Source: an uncultured Gemmatimonadales bacterium | GTDB lineage: Bacteria > Gemmatimonadota > Gemmatimonadetes > Gemmatimonadales > Gemmatimonadaceae | Length of the DNA: 64,000 nt | Assembly (NCBI GenBank): GCA_963851265.1 | Contig: CAWKNZ010000002.1 | Coordinates: forward strand, 576,001-640,000 | Direction: 5' to 3' | Shown here: positions 29,851-46,200 of the stretch, piece by piece | Position numbering within the stretch: position 1 is the stretch's first letter | Layout: each line of letters starts with the position of its first letter | Program-made: the position numbers and the translations under genes | Notes under the pieces: generated by a model | Database searches by the model: none | What the model was told of the DNA's origin: nothing | Seen by the model: only the letters and a program-made list of their open reading frames with translations

Positions 29851-30404
29851 GGCGCGGCGCCGAGCTGGCCGAGCCAGATGCCGACGGCGAAGACGATCCC
29901 GCCGCCCACGATCACCTGCGCGACCGTGCGGCCGAGCGGGCTCTCCATGAAGTGGTAGCGGATGTAGGCGATCACGAGCAGCTCGACCACCACGACCCCG
30001 TAGGCCACCCAGAGGGCCGTGTGCAGGGTGCCGATGAGGAAGGGGAACGTGTGCCCCATGCCGCCGAGCAGGGTGCCGAGCCCGGTGACCGCGCCGCGCG
30101 TGAGCGGGCTGCCGCGCCCCGAGACCTTGCCGTCGTCGGAGAGGGCCTCGGCGAGCCCCATGCTGATGGCCGCGCCCACCGAGGCCGCGAGGCCGACGAA
30201 GAACGCGTCGTGCGCGCTGTTGGTCAGGCGGGCCGTGGCGAAGATCGGCGCGAGCGTGCTCACCGAGCCGTCCATGAGCCCCAGCAGCCCCGGCTGCACC
30301 ACCTGCAGCACGAACCGGTGCTCGTCCGGCGGCGTCGGAATCGGCGGCGCGTCGGCCGCGACCGCGAGTTCGTCGCGCGCGGGACCGGCGAGGAGGTCAG
30401 ACAT
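29847..30404 (-). CDS. VIT1/CCC1-type membrane protein resembling the membrane domain of the iron exporter MbfA
   Basis: [50 protein letters not shown]. Confidence 0.8.
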   Translation of the reverse strand: MSDLLAGPARDELAVAADAPPIPTPPDEHRFVLQVVQPGLLGLMDGSVSTLAPIFATARLTNSAHDAFFVGLAASVGAAISMGLAEALSDDGKVSGRGSPLTRGAVTGLGTLLGGMGHTFPFLIGTLHTALWVAYGVVVVELLVIAYIRYHFMESPLGRTVAQVIVGGGIVFAVGIWLGQLGAAP

Positions 30405-31362
30405 CGGGAGTCGCGCTGGAAGGAGAATCGAACACGTCGCCGAGCTCGACGCCGCGGCCGCGCACCCAATCGGCCGCGGCGAGCCGTGCGCGGCCGGCGG
30501 GCTGCACGTGCGACACGCGCACCGCGTCCTCCCCGCACCGTACCACCAGGCCGTCCTCGCCGAACGCGATCACCTCGCCCGGCGCGACGTCGGGGCGCTC
30601 CTCGACGAGCGTTGGGCGTGCGCCGAACAGCTTCACCTCCGCGCCGCGCAGCACCGCGTACGCGCCGGGCCGCGGGTCGTACGCGCGCACCGCGCGCGCG
30701 ACGTCCTCCGCGGGGCGCGTCCAGTCGACGCGCGCGTCGGCCCGCGTGATCTTGGGCGCGTACGTGGCCGCCGCGTCGTCCTGCGGCGTCTCGCGTGCGG
30801 CGCCCACCTCGATCAGCGTCAGTGCCTCGATCAGCGCCTGCGCGCCGAGCTCCGCGAGGTGCTCCCACAGCTCGCCGTAGGTAGTGTCGGTGGCGATCGG
30901 CGTCTCGAGCGAGTGGATGACCGGGCCCGCGTCCAGCGCCGGCACCATGCGCATGATCGACACGCCCGTAGACGCGAGGCCGTGCAGCAGCGCGGCGCGG
31001 ATCGGGTCGGCGCCGCGGAAGGCGGGAAGGAGCGAGGCGTGGATGTTGAGCGTGCCGAGGGGCGGCAGGTCGATCACCGCCCTCGGCAGGATGTGGCCGT
31101 ACGCGACCACCACGGACAGGTCGGGTGCGAGGGCGGCGACTTCCGCGAGGAACGCGTCGCCCCTCGGCTTTTCCGGCTGCAGCACCGGCAGCCCCTCGGT
31201 GAGCGCGAGCGCCTTCACCGGCGACGGATCGAGCCGCGAGCGCGAGCGGCCGCGCGGCTTGTCGACGCCCGTCACGACGCCGACCACGTCGTATCCCTCG
31301 CCGAGCAGCGCGCGGAGCGGCGGGACCGCGAAGTCGGGGGTACCCCAGAAAAGGACGCGCAC
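30397..31362 (-). CDS. fmt: Methionyl-tRNA formyltransferase
   Basis: [32 protein letters not shown]. Confidence 0.96.
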   Translation of the reverse strand: MRVLFWGTPDFAVPPLRALLGEGYDVVGVVTGVDKPRGRSRSRLDPSPVKALALTEGLPVLQPEKPRGDAFLAEVAALAPDLSVVVAYGHILPRAVIDLPPLGTLNIHASLLPAFRGADPIRAALLHGLASTGVSIMRMVPALDAGPVIHSLETPIATDTTYGELWEHLAELGAQALIEALTLIEVGAARETPQDDAAATYAPKITRADARVDWTRPAEDVARAVRAYDPRPGAYAVLRGAEVKLFGARPTLVEERPDVAPGEVIAFGEDGLVVRCGEDAVRVSHVQPAGRARLAAADWVRGRGVELGDVFDSPSSATPDV

Positions 31363-31381
31363 GGTGCCGGGGCGGGCGCTG

Positions 31382-31942
31382 CTAGAGCGCCTCGTCGTTG
31401 TGCTGCGCGGCGAGGTCCTTGGCGGGCACCGTGAGCGCGCGGCGGAGGGCGGGATATTTCGTCTTCTCCCGTTCCCATTTCGCGAGCGCGGAGCGGCGCT
31501 TGAACGGACTCAGGTAGTCGAGAAAGAGGCGGCCGTGCAGGTGGTCGATCTCGTGCTGCAGGCAGCGGGCGAAGAGCTCCGCGGCCTCGATCTCGACCGC
31601 CTCGCCGTCGCGTCCGGTGCCGCGCACGACGACGCGCGCCGCGCGTTCGACGTCGGCGTACACGTCGGGGATCGACAGGCACCCCTCCTCGCCCTTCACC
31701 AACCCCTCGGTCTTGACGATCTCGGGGTTGAAGAGCGTGACGACCTGGCCGTCGACGTCGGCCACGAAGAGTCGCTCGCGGCGTCCCACCTGCGGCGCGG
31801 CCAGGCCGATGCCGCGCGCGGCGTGCATCGTCTCGTGCATCTGGTCGGCGAGCGCGCGCAACTCGTCGGTGACCTCGCGCACGGCGACCGTCGGCTGCCG
31901 GAGGGCCGGCGCGCCGAGCACGTGGATGTCGAGCAGGGCCAT
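31382..31942 (-). CDS. def: Peptide deformylase
   Basis: [22 protein letters not shown]. Confidence 0.97.
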   Translation of the reverse strand: MALLDIHVLGAPALRQPTVAVREVTDELRALADQMHETMHAARGIGLAAPQVGRRERLFVADVDGQVVTLFNPEIVKTEGLVKGEEGCLSIPDVYADVERAARVVVRGTGRDGEAVEIEAAELFARCLQHEIDHLHGRLFLDYLSPFKRRSALAKWEREKTKYPALRRALTVPAKDLAAQHNDEAL

Positions 31943-31955
31943 CGTGCCGGTCGCT

Positions 31956-32327
31956 TCAGGCACCCGGGCGCGCCGCCGCGGCGGCCGGTCCGCCAACGCG
32001 CACGATGCGGCCGCGCTCGACGATCAGACGCGACTCCGCGCTCTTGATCGTGATGCGGTCCTCGTCGGCCGGCTGCCCCGACGTGCGCTCGGCCACGTGC
32101 ACCACCTGCCCGACGATCCCGCCTGCCGTGAGCACCTCGTCGCCGGGGCGGATCTTGCGCACGGTGTCTTGCTGCTGCTTGCGCTGCTGCGCGCTCGGGC
32201 GCCAGACGATGAAGTAGAAGATGGCCGCGATCGCGATCGGCGGCAGCAGGTTGGCGAAGATCGCGTTCGGATTACCGCCGAGCTGGAGCAGGGCGAGCGA
32301 GGCGACGAAGGGGGCGGGCACGGACAT
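31956..32327 (-). CDS. yajC: Preprotein translocase subunit YajC
   Basis: FYFIVWRP...GDEVLTAGGIVG; downstream of tgt. Confidence 0.88.
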   Translation of the reverse strand: MSVPAPFVASLALLQLGGNPNAIFANLLPPIAIAAIFYFIVWRPSAQQRKQQQDTVRKIRPGDEVLTAGGIVGQVVHVAERTSGQPADEDRITIKSAESRLIVERGRIVRVGGPAAAAARPGA

Positions 32328-32336
32328 GCGCGGAAT

Positions 32337-34621
<2,285 letters not shown>

Positions 34622-34707
34622 GGCGCGCAAGTTACCGGGTCGGGCGAGCCACCGACCGCGCGCCGCCCGTATTGTGCGCGGCGGCGGCGGGACGTAGCGT
34701 GGGCGGC

Positions 34708-35646
34708 ATGTCGGCCGCGGTCGTTCCCGTCTCCGTCCATGCGGCGCCCGCTGCTCACGAACCGCCCGCGCCGTCGGACGCCCGTCTTCACGCCGCGGGG
34801 GTCGCGGACGTGTGCGTGACCTGTGGGCAGCCCGCGGGCGCGGCATTCTGTCCGCACTGCGGCGAGCGGCGTGCGTCGGACCACGCGTACACTCTCCACG
34901 CGCTCGCGGCAGACGTCTGGGACCACGTGACGCCCGCCGACGGGCGCACGGTTCGCTCGCTCTGGACCCTGGTCCGTCATCCGGGCGCGCTCACGGTGGC
35001 GTACATGCGGGGCGTGCGTCGGCCGTACCTCGCGCCGCTCGGCGTCTTCCTCTTCGTGAACACGGCGTACTTCGTGTACGTCGGCGTGACGCACCAGCGC
35101 ATCTTCAACACGCCGCTCCAACTGCAACTGACGAGTCAGCCGTACTCCGCACTCGCGACGCGGCTCGTCACCGCGCGACTCGCGGCGCGGCACGTCTCGT
35201 ACGCGGTCTACGCCTCGCGGTACGACGCCGTCACCGACACGCAGTCCAGAACGCTCATCGCGGCGATGGTCCCCGGGTTCGCGCTGCTCGTCGCGTTGGT
35301 CTCGGTCCGCCGCCGTCGTGGGGCGCTTCACCATCTGGCGTTCAGCTTCCACGCGCTCGCGATGCTGCTCGTGGTGGTGATGGGCTTCACGCTGCTGGTC
35401 GGGTTCCCGGTGGCGTACGTGGCGGCGGCGCTGCACCGGCGCGCCGAGTGGGCCGGCAGCGACGTCATCGTGTCGTCCATCTTCGCGTTGCTCTTCGGGG
35501 CGTGGCTCGCCGTCGGGTTGCGTCGCGCCTACGGCGACGGGCGGGTCGCGGCGACATTCAAGGCGATCCTCCTCGCGAGCGGGGTCCTGCTCCTGCTCGG
35601 CGGCTACCGCCTGCTGCTCTTCTTCACGACGTTCTGGGCCACGTGA
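34708..35646 (+). CDS. DUF3667-like membrane protein with N-terminal zinc ribbon
   Basis: CVTC...FCPHCGE, PGALTVAY..G.R.PY..P..FL, several TM helices. Confidence 0.75.
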   Translation: MSAAVVPVSVHAAPAAHEPPAPSDARLHAAGVADVCVTCGQPAGAAFCPHCGERRASDHAYTLHALAADVWDHVTPADGRTVRSLWTLVRHPGALTVAYMRGVRRPYLAPLGVFLFVNTAYFVYVGVTHQRIFNTPLQLQLTSQPYSALATRLVTARLAARHVSYAVYASRYDAVTDTQSRTLIAAMVPGFALLVALVSVRRRRGALHHLAFSFHALAMLLVVVMGFTLLVGFPVAYVAAALHRRAEWAGSDVIVSSIFALLFGAWLAVGLRRAYGDGRVAATFKAILLASGVLLLLGGYRLLLFFTTFWAT

Positions 35647-35682
35647 CGCCGAGCGCGGGTGCCGAGCCCCGCGCCCATCCGC

Positions 35683-36822
<1,140 letters not shown>

Positions 36823-37249
36823 GCGCGCGAGGGATCGGCCGGCGGGGGGACGGGTCGCAATATACACCGAACAGGACCCGAAGATGCACCGTGCGGTCGT
36901 CCTCTGTCGGACCCGGACCGGATCTGTTCGCGGTCAGGTCCGCGCCCTATCTTGGCGCGCCGCCTTGAAGCGGCCGGGGCGACGACGCACGGTGGCGCGC
37001 TGCGTCCGGCCTCGCCGCCCGCTCTCCGATCCCCTCTCGCATGCGCGCGTTTTCTGCTCCCGCCGTCGCGCCGCCGAGCATCGCGTCGGGTCCGCGCCGC
37101 GCCACGGCGGGGGTGGGGCGCCATGCGCCCGCCCCGCCCGCACCGGCGCTGCCCCGCACGACGGCCGCGAATCGACCAGCGGGGGCTCCGGACGCCTCTC
37201 CCGTCGATGCCCGGCGCGCCGACGCCTATCCTGTGGCTGGGTAGGACGG

Positions 37250-38839
37250 ATGAGGGCGGACCGGGTTCGGGGGTCGCGCAGCCACGACCCGATGCTCACG
37301 ATCATGTGGGCCGCCGTCGAACAGGCGTCGGACGTCGTGATGATCACGGACGCAGTGCTCGAGCCTCCCGGGCCGAAGATCGTCTACGTCAATCCGGCGT
37401 TCACGCGGATGACCGGCTATTCCCCGGCGGAGGTTCTCGGCCGGTCCCCGCGGATGCTTCAGGGCCCGCAGACGGATCGCGCGATGCTCGATCGCCTGCG
37501 AGCCGCGTGCGCGGCCGGTGAATGCTTCGACGCGCGTACGGTGAATTACCGGAAGGATGGGACGACGTACCTGGTGCGGTGGCAGATCGCGCCGGTGCGC
37601 GCCGCCGCGGGCGCGATCTCGCACTTCGTCGCGATCCAGCAAGACGTGACGACGCTGGCCCAGCTCGAGGACCGCGTCCAGCACGCGCAGAAGATGGAGG
37701 CGATCGGGCGGCTGGCCGGCGGCGTCGCGCACGATTTCAACAACCTGCTCACGATCATCACGGCGGGAACGCGCTTCGCGGTCGAGGTGCTGCCGTCCGA
37801 CCACCCGGCCACCGCCGACCTCGCCGACGTGGAGGCCGCGGCGGCGCGCGCGGCCGCGCTGACGCGGCAGCTCCTCGCCTTCAGCCGGCAGCAGGTCCGA
37901 CGCCCCGAGACGCTCGACGTCAACGTGATCGTCGCGAACGTCGAACGGATGCTGACGCGCCTGATCGGCGAGGACGTCCGGCTCGTCACCGAACTCACCC
38001 GCGGCCCGGTGAGCGTCGTCGCCGACCCCGCACAGCTCGAGCAGGTGCTGTTCAACCTCGCCGTCAACGCGCGCGACGCGATGCCCGACGGCGGGACGAT
38101 GACCATCGGCACGCAGGTCGTCGCGGGCGCCGGGCTTCCAGACGGGCAGCGACCGACGGGCAGCGCGCCGGACGCCCCGTTCGCGATCCTGAGCGTCGCG
38201 GACACCGGCTGCGGGATGGACGCGGCGACGCTCGAGCGGGCGTTCGACCCGTTCTTCACCACCAAGGGCGTCGGGCACGGCACCGGCCTGGGACTCGCGA
38301 CGGTCCACGGCATCGTCGAACAGTCGGGCGGCGTGGTGCGCATCGAGAGCGCACCCGGTGCCGGCACGCGGGTGCGCATCGCGCTGCCCCTCGTCGAGCG
38401 CCGGGCCACGCCGCGGTGGGCCGGTCACGTCGTCCCGCCTGCCGGCGGTCTCGCGACGGTGCTCCTCGTCGAGGATGACCGGGCCGTCCGCGCCGTGACC
38501 AAGCGCGTCCTCGCGCGCGCAGGTTACGCCGTCATCGAGGCGCGCGACTCGGCGAGCGCGCTCGCGGCGTGGCACGACTCCGCCGACGGGGCCGGGATCG
38601 ACGCGCTCGTCACCGACGTCGTGATGCCTAACGGTGGCGGCTACGACCTGATGATGCAGCTGCGCGCGGCGCGGCCGCAGCTCCCCGCGGTGCTGGTCTC
38701 GGGCTACGCGCCCGACGCGCGCGTGCAGTCGCTGCTCGCCGCCGAGGGGGAAACGACGGCGTTCCTGGAGAAGCCGTTCCACGCCGGCGCGCTGTCCGAC
38801 CAGGTCGCGCGCGTGCTCCGGGCCGCCCGCGCGGTGTGA
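37250..38839 (+). CDS. Cytoplasmic PAS-HisKA-HATPase-REC hybrid histidine kinase (CckA-like); start approximate
   Basis: PAS (YVNPAF...PRMLQG...NYRKDG), GGVAHDFNNLL, NLAVNARDAM, DTGCG, FFTTK, GTGLGL, REC (VEDD, TDVVMP, KPF). Confidence 0.92.
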   Translation: MRADRVRGSRSHDPMLTIMWAAVEQASDVVMITDAVLEPPGPKIVYVNPAFTRMTGYSPAEVLGRSPRMLQGPQTDRAMLDRLRAACAAGECFDARTVNYRKDGTTYLVRWQIAPVRAAAGAISHFVAIQQDVTTLAQLEDRVQHAQKMEAIGRLAGGVAHDFNNLLTIITAGTRFAVEVLPSDHPATADLADVEAAAARAAALTRQLLAFSRQQVRRPETLDVNVIVANVERMLTRLIGEDVRLVTELTRGPVSVVADPAQLEQVLFNLAVNARDAMPDGGTMTIGTQVVAGAGLPDGQRPTGSAPDAPFAILSVADTGCGMDAATLERAFDPFFTTKGVGHGTGLGLATVHGIVEQSGGVVRIESAPGAGTRVRIALPLVERRATPRWAGHVVPPAGGLATVLLVEDDRAVRAVTKRVLARAGYAVIEARDSASALAAWHDSADGAGIDALVTDVVMPNGGGYDLMMQLRAARPQLPAVLVSGYAPDARVQSLLAAEGETTAFLEKPFHAGALSDQVARVLRAARAV

Positions 38840-38864
38840 TCGCGCGGGCGGCGCGCACCTCCGC

Positions 38865-40040
38865 TCAACTGGTGCCGGCGACGGCGAGGGTCGCGAGTCG
38901 CTCGACCGCGGCTTCGAGGGTCTCGGCGCGCTTGCAGAATGCAAAGCGTATCATCCGCGATCGCTCCTCCGCCGGCAGAAAGCTCGACACCGGCACGGTC
39001 GCCACGCCGACCTCGCGCGCGAGCCAGTGGGCGAAGGTCCGGTCGTCGTCGTCGGAGTGTGCGTCGTAGCCGGCGAGCACGTAGTACGCGCCCTCGGGCG
39101 GCGTGAGCGTGAAGCCGGCCTCGACGAGTGCGCCACAGAGCAGATCACGCCGCGCGCGGTAGTCGGCCGCGAGGTGGTTGTAGTAGTCGGCGTCGAAGGC
39201 CATCCCGACCGCGCCCGCGGCCTGCAGCGGAGCGGGCGCGCCGACGGTGAGGAAGTCGTGGACCTTGCGGATCGCGCTCGTCGCCGCGGCCGGGGCGATG
39301 GCGTAGCCGAGTCGCCAGCCGGTGCAGCTGAACGTCTTCGAGAGGCCGGAGATCGTCACCGTGCGCTCGCGCATCCCCGGCCAGGTCGCGACGGGGTGGT
39401 GGTGGCCGGTGTAGACGATGTGCTCGTAAATCTCGTCGGTGAACACCCAGGGCACGTCGTACTGCTGCACGAGGCGCGCGACGAGGTCCATCTCCGCGCG
39501 CGTGAACACCTTGCCGGTCGGGTTGTGCGGGGTGTTGAGCACGATGGCCTTCGGGCGCCGGGCGAGCGCGGCCGTGAGGCGTGCTTCGTCCAGCGTCCAC
39601 GGCCCCTCGCCGCCCGCAGGGGGGGTGAGCGGCACGTAGACGGGCCGCGCGCCGGCGAGGATCGCGTCGGGGCCGTAGTTCTCGTAGTACGGCGTGAGCA
39701 CGACGACCTCGTCGCCCGGGTCCACCAGCGCGAGGAACACCGACGCCATCGCCTCGGTCGCGCCGCACGTGACCGTCACCTCGCGGTCGGGATCGACCTC
39801 CATGCCGTACCAGCGGCGGTACTTCTCCGCAATCGCGAGGCGCAGGGCGGGGCTCCCCCACGTCACCGCGTACTGGTTGACGTCGCCGTGGATGGCCGCG
39901 CACGCCGCGTCCTTCATTGGCGCGGGCATCGGGAAGTCGGGGAAACCCTGCGCAAGGTTGATCGCGCCGTGCTGCTGCGCAACGCGGGTCATCTCGCGAA
40001 TGACGCTCTCGGTGAAACTCGAGGCGCGGTGTGAGGTCAC
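38865..40040 (-). CDS. PLP-dependent aminotransferase class I/II (YbdL-like)
   Basis: INLAQGFPDF, NTPHNPTG, DEIYE, SKTFSCTGWRLG. Confidence 0.93.
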   Translation of the reverse strand: MTSHRASSFTESVIREMTRVAQQHGAINLAQGFPDFPMPAPMKDAACAAIHGDVNQYAVTWGSPALRLAIAEKYRRWYGMEVDPDREVTVTCGATEAMASVFLALVDPGDEVVVLTPYYENYGPDAILAGARPVYVPLTPPAGGEGPWTLDEARLTAALARRPKAIVLNTPHNPTGKVFTRAEMDLVARLVQQYDVPWVFTDEIYEHIVYTGHHHPVATWPGMRERTVTISGLSKTFSCTGWRLGYAIAPAAATSAIRKVHDFLTVGAPAPLQAAGAVGMAFDADYYNHLAADYRARRDLLCGALVEAGFTLTPPEGAYYVLAGYDAHSDDDDRTFAHWLAREVGVATVPVSSFLPAEERSRMIRFAFCKRAETLEAAVERLATLAVAGTS

Positions 40041-40181
40041 GGCACGCGGGGTGAAGGGAAGCGCGTCCAGCGCACGGCGGCGCCGGCGCGACGCGGGAAA
40101 CGATCCCGCGGACGTGGAGCCGTCAAGCGCCCCGTCGCGCGCCCGGTTCGGCGTGCCGCGCTCTCACCGACTCTCGTTCCG

Positions 40182-41204
40182 ATGACGCTTCCCACCCGCC
40201 CATTCGGCCGCACCGGCCTGCAGATCACCACCGTCGGCTTCGGTTCGTGGGCGGCCGGCGGCCCCGGCTACGCCTTCGGCTGGGGTGCGCAGGACGACGC
40301 CGCGTCGATCGCCGCGATGCGGCACGCCGTCGAGCGCGGCGTCAACTGGATCGACACCGCGGCCGTGTACGGCCTCGGCCATTCCGAAGAACTCGTCGGC
40401 CGCCTGCTGCGCGAGCTGCCGGCGAACGAGCGCCCGCTCGTCTTCACCAAGTGCGGGCTCGTGTGGGACCCGGCCCACCCCGCGGGCGAGATCAAGCGCG
40501 ACCTCCGCCCCGAGGCGATCCGGCAGGGCTGCGAGGATTCGCTCCGCCGGCTCGGCGTCGAGGCGATCGACCTCTTCCAGTTCCACTGGCCCGACGAGAC
40601 GGGCACGCCCATCGAGGACTCGTGGGGCACCATGCTCCAGCTCGTGCGGGAGGGCAAGGTGCGCCACCCCGCAGTGTCCAACTTCGACGTGGACCTGCTC
40701 GACCGCTGCGAGCGCGTGGGTCACGTCGAGTCGCTGCAGCCGCCGTTCTCGCTCCTGCGACGCCAGGTCGCCGAGCGCGAGCTGCCGTGGTGCGCCGCGC
40801 ACCACACCGGCGTGATCGTCTACAGCCCGATGCAGTCGGGCATCCTCACCGAGCGCTTCTCGGTCGAACGGGTACGCGAGCTGCCCGACGACGACTGGCG
40901 CAAGCGCACGCCCGAGTTCCAGCCACCACAGGCCGAGAAGAACGTCGCGCTACGCGACGCGTTGCGGCCCGTCGCCGAACGCCACGGCGAAACGGTGAGC
41001 GCGGTCGCGGTCGCGTGGACGACGCACTGGCCCGGTGTGACGGCGGCCATCGTTGGGGCGCGGTCGGCCGAGCAGGTCGACGGGTGGATCGGGGCCGGGG
41101 CGTTGCAGCTGACCGCGGACGATCTCGAAGAGATCGCTGCGGCGGTGGAGCGGACGGGGGCGGGGAAGGGTCCGGTGCGCCCCGCGGTGGCGGCGAGGTC
41201 CTGA
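40182..41204 (+). CDS. Aldo/keto reductase
   Basis: NWIDTAAVYG, TKCG, IDLFQFHWP, VSNF, YSPMQSG. Confidence 0.93.
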   Translation: MTLPTRPFGRTGLQITTVGFGSWAAGGPGYAFGWGAQDDAASIAAMRHAVERGVNWIDTAAVYGLGHSEELVGRLLRELPANERPLVFTKCGLVWDPAHPAGEIKRDLRPEAIRQGCEDSLRRLGVEAIDLFQFHWPDETGTPIEDSWGTMLQLVREGKVRHPAVSNFDVDLLDRCERVGHVESLQPPFSLLRRQVAERELPWCAAHHTGVIVYSPMQSGILTERFSVERVRELPDDDWRKRTPEFQPPQAEKNVALRDALRPVAERHGETVSAVAVAWTTHWPGVTAAIVGARSAEQVDGWIGAGALQLTADDLEEIAAAVERTGAGKGPVRPAVAARS

Positions 41205-41230
41205 CGCCGCGCGACGACGCGACCGGCGGC

Positions 41231-41839
41231 CTACCTCCCGCCCAACTTCGCCAGCCCCGCCCGGATCAGCTCCGTCGCACTCAACTTTCCGCCGCCGTCG
41301 TCGATCGCCCCTTTCACCCCGCGCTCGGCGTCGGCGGTCGTATACCCGAGCGACACGAGCGCGCGGATCGCGTCGTCCGCCGCGTTCCCGCCGCCCGCCG
41401 CCCGCGCCGCACCCGGCCCCGTGTCGACCTGCACGTCGCCGAGCTTGTCCGCGAGGTCGAGCACGATCTGCTCGGCCTTCTTCTTTCCAACCCGCGGCAC
41501 GCTCTGCAGCGTGGCCACGTCCCGCTCCCGGATCGCGCGCGACAGGCGTTCGGCCGTGAGCGCCGAGAGCATGCCTAACGCGAGCGCCGGCCCCACACCC
41601 TTGGCCGTCATCACGCGCTGAAAGACGCGGCGCTCGAACGCGCTCGAGAACCCGTAGAGCTGCCACCCGTCCTCGCGCACGACGAGGTGCGTGTGCAGCG
41701 CGGCGTCCTCCCCGAGTTTGGGCAGCCCCTCGTACACCGACAGCGGGATCGCCAGCTCGTAGCCGACCCCGCCCTTCGTCAGGATCTCGACCCGGTCGAG
41801 ATCCTTCGCGACGACCCGCCCCGCGACGTGGGCGATCAT
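41231..41839 (-). CDS. ruvA: Holliday junction DNA-binding protein
   Basis: GVGYE, VREDGWQLYGF, GVGP, PRVGKKKAEQI, ALVSLGY. Confidence 0.96.
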   Translation of the reverse strand: MIAHVAGRVVAKDLDRVEILTKGGVGYELAIPLSVYEGLPKLGEDAALHTHLVVREDGWQLYGFSSAFERRVFQRVMTAKGVGPALALGMLSALTAERLSRAIRERDVATLQSVPRVGKKKAEQIVLDLADKLGDVQVDTGPGAARAAGGGNAADDAIRALVSLGYTTADAERGVKGAIDDGGGKLSATELIRAGLAKLGGR

Positions 41840-42417
41840 CGCGCCCCCCGCAGCGTGAACGCGTTCGGCAGCAGCGCGGGCGCGGGCAGCGCGGGCTCGG
41901 GCATCCGCGCCTCGCGGACGCGCGGCGCGGCGCGCGGCGCGGGCAGCGTCGGAGCCATGCAGAACGTGAGCGCCGCCGCCACGCCGTCGGCGGCGTCCGA
42001 CGGCGTGGGAACCGACTTGAGGCGCAGCAGGCGTGTCAACATGAACTGGACCTGCTCCTTGGTGGCCGACCCCGTACCGACGACCGCCTTCTTGATCTCG
42101 GCCGGCGGGAACTCGTGCACGTCCAGCCCCGCCAACTCGCCGGCGAGCAGGATCACGCCGCGAGCGTGGCCGAGGGTGACGGTGGTGCGGACGTTCTTGG
42201 CGTAGAACACACTCTCGACCGCCATCGTGTCCGGGCGGTGGCGGGCGATCAGCTCGGCGACCCCTTCGTACACCTCGCGCAGCCGCGCGGGGAGCGGGTC
42301 GCGTGCGCGCGTGCGCACCACCCCGCACTCCACCAGCCGCGTGAGCCCGCCGCGGTCGCGCTCGACGACGCCGTAGCCCGTGGCCGCCGTGCCCGGGTCG
42401 ATCCCGAGGACCCGCAT
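41836..42417 (-). CDS. ruvC: Crossover junction endodeoxyribonuclease
   Basis: VLGIDPG, AVESVF, HARGV, KKAVVG, KEQV, DAADG. Confidence 0.96.
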   Translation of the reverse strand: MRVLGIDPGTAATGYGVVERDRGGLTRLVECGVVRTRARDPLPARLREVYEGVAELIARHRPDTMAVESVFYAKNVRTTVTLGHARGVILLAGELAGLDVHEFPPAEIKKAVVGTGSATKEQVQFMLTRLLRLKSVPTPSDAADGVAAALTFCMAPTLPAPRAAPRVREARMPEPALPAPALLPNAFTLRGAR

Positions 42418-42437
42418 GGGATGGCCGGCCGTGCGGC

Positions 42438-43181
42438 CTACGCCTCCGCCATCGCGTCCGCGTCGATGTCGAAGTTGCCCTCGACCTTCTGCACGTCGTC
42501 CAGATCCTCGAGCGCGTCGAGCAGTTTGACCAGCTGCTGCGCGTCGGTGCCGGCGACGTGCACCGTGTTCTTGGGGACCATCGCGATCTGCGCCTCGGCC
42601 GTCGGGATTCCCTTCGCCTCGAGCGCCTCGCGCACCGTCTGCAGCGACGTCGGGTCGGTGGTCACGACGAAGAGGTCTTCCTCGCGCGCGACGTCCTCGG
42701 CACCCGCGTCGAGCGCGGCCTCCATCACCGTGTCCTCGTCGAACTTGGTCGCGTCCACCTGCAGCTGCCCGCGGCGGTCGAACATCCACGACACCGAGTT
42801 GCTGGCGCCGAGGTTGCCGCCGCCGCGCGAGAGCTTGTGGCGCACGTCGGCGACCGTGCGGGTGGGATTGTCGGTGAGCGCCTGGATCATGAGCGCCACG
42901 CCGCCCGGCCCGTACGCCTCGTACAGGACCTCCTGGTAGTCGACACCCTCGAGCTCGCCCGTGCCCTTCTTGACGGCGCGCTCGATGTTCTCCTTTGGCA
43001 TCGAATTCGCGCGCGCCGTGTCGATCGCGAGCCGGAGCCGCGGATTCCCGCCGGGGTCACCCCCGCCGAATTTCGCCGCGACCGTGATCTCGCGGATGAG
43101 CTTCGTGAACAGCGCCCCGCGCTTCGCGTCGGTGGCCGCCTTGTAGTGCTTGATCTGCTTCCATTTGCTGTGGCCGGCCAT
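42438..43181 (-). CDS. yebC: YebC/PmpR family protein
   Basis: MAGHSKW, NPRLR, YEAYGPGGVA, TDNPTRT, LEDLDDVQ. Confidence 0.95.
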   Translation of the reverse strand: MAGHSKWKQIKHYKAATDAKRGALFTKLIREITVAAKFGGGDPGGNPRLRLAIDTARANSMPKENIERAVKKGTGELEGVDYQEVLYEAYGPGGVALMIQALTDNPTRTVADVRHKLSRGGGNLGASNSVSWMFDRRGQLQVDATKFDEDTVMEAALDAGAEDVAREEDLFVVTTDPTSLQTVREALEAKGIPTAEAQIAMVPKNTVHVAGTDAQQLVKLLDALEDLDDVQKVEGNFDIDADAMAEA

Positions 43182-43273
43182 CGGGGCGTGCTCGTTCTCG
43201 GGTGTCGGGTGTGGGCGGTGGTACAAACACCAAACATATAGCCCGCTCCCGGCGACGGTTACATTCCCGCCCC

Positions 43274-45126
<1,853 letters not shown>

Positions 45127-45130
<4 letters not shown>

Positions 45131-46200
45131 CGCGCGTGCTCTTCTACCATCCCGACGGAACCGCCGACGCCCGTGCGCGCGCGTTCGTCGCCGCGGCGCA
45201 CGGGCTCGCCGCGACGGGCCGGCACGTGGCGTTCGCGACCGTCGCCCCGCGTGAGCCCGACGCGCGCCCGAGCGGGGCCGCAGCGCTCGCCGCCGCAGCC
45301 GGCGTGCCGGTCGTGGCGCTCCCCGCCGCCACGTCGCTGGTGGGCGCGACCGCCGAACTCTCGCGTGCCGTCCGCGCCGAGCTCGCCGAGGTCGTGTTCG
45401 TGCACGGCGCGCGCGCGCAGGTCGTCGCGGCGTGGGCCGCGTGGCGCGCTGGCCGCGCGGCCGTCGTGCGCCGCGTGGGCGCCGGCGACGCCGTCACACT
45501 CGGCACCGCGGCACGGGCGGCGCTCCGCACGACGGCCACGGGTTTTCTGTGCACCTGGCCCGACCAGAGCGCGGCCGTGCCGGCGGCGGCCAGGCTCGGG
45601 TCGGTGGTCGCGGACCTCGGCGTCGCCGAGCGGGCGCCCGCGCCGGACGGCCGGGGGTGTCACCTGCGGTGCACGGTCGCGCCTGGGGCGGAACAGCGCG
45701 CCGCGCTGGTGCTGCGTGCGGCCGCGATGATCGCGCCGCGCCACCGCGACCTGCAACTCGCGCTGGTTGGCTCGGGCGCGCACGACGAGTCGATCTCGAT
45801 GCACGCGGCCGCGCTCGGCATCCGCCATCTCGTCGCCTTCGACGAGACCGTCTCCGCAGGCACGCCCGACCCCGACGTCGCATGGGTCGTCGCCGACGGC
45901 GATGCGGGCGCGTTCGGCGCGCTCGACGCGATGGCGGCAGGGGTCCCGGTGCTCGCGGAACGGGGGAGCGCGCCGGCGCGCTACGTCGTCGACGGCGTGA
46001 CCGGGGTGCTGCTCGCGCCCGACGATGTCCCGTCGACCGCGGCCGTGCTCGCGCGACTCCTGGGGCATGCCGACGTGCGCGCGACGATGGGCGCCGCGGG
46101 TCGAAGCCGCGCGCGGCGCACGTACCCGGAATCGGCGATGATCGACGGTTTCGCGCGTGCCGCGGACGTCGCGCGCGACCGCGGGCGGTGGCGCGGGTGA
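45127..46200 (+). CDS. Glycosyltransferase family 4-like protein (divergent)
   Basis: DAMAAGVPVL...VVDGVTGVL...MGAAGRSRA; GTGA overlaps at both ends. Confidence 0.75.

Noticed and set aside
36823..37249. Long intergenic region as an ncRNA or tRNA
   Set aside because: No tRNA or riboswitch hallmarks recognised; explained by divergent promoters and an uncertain kinase start.
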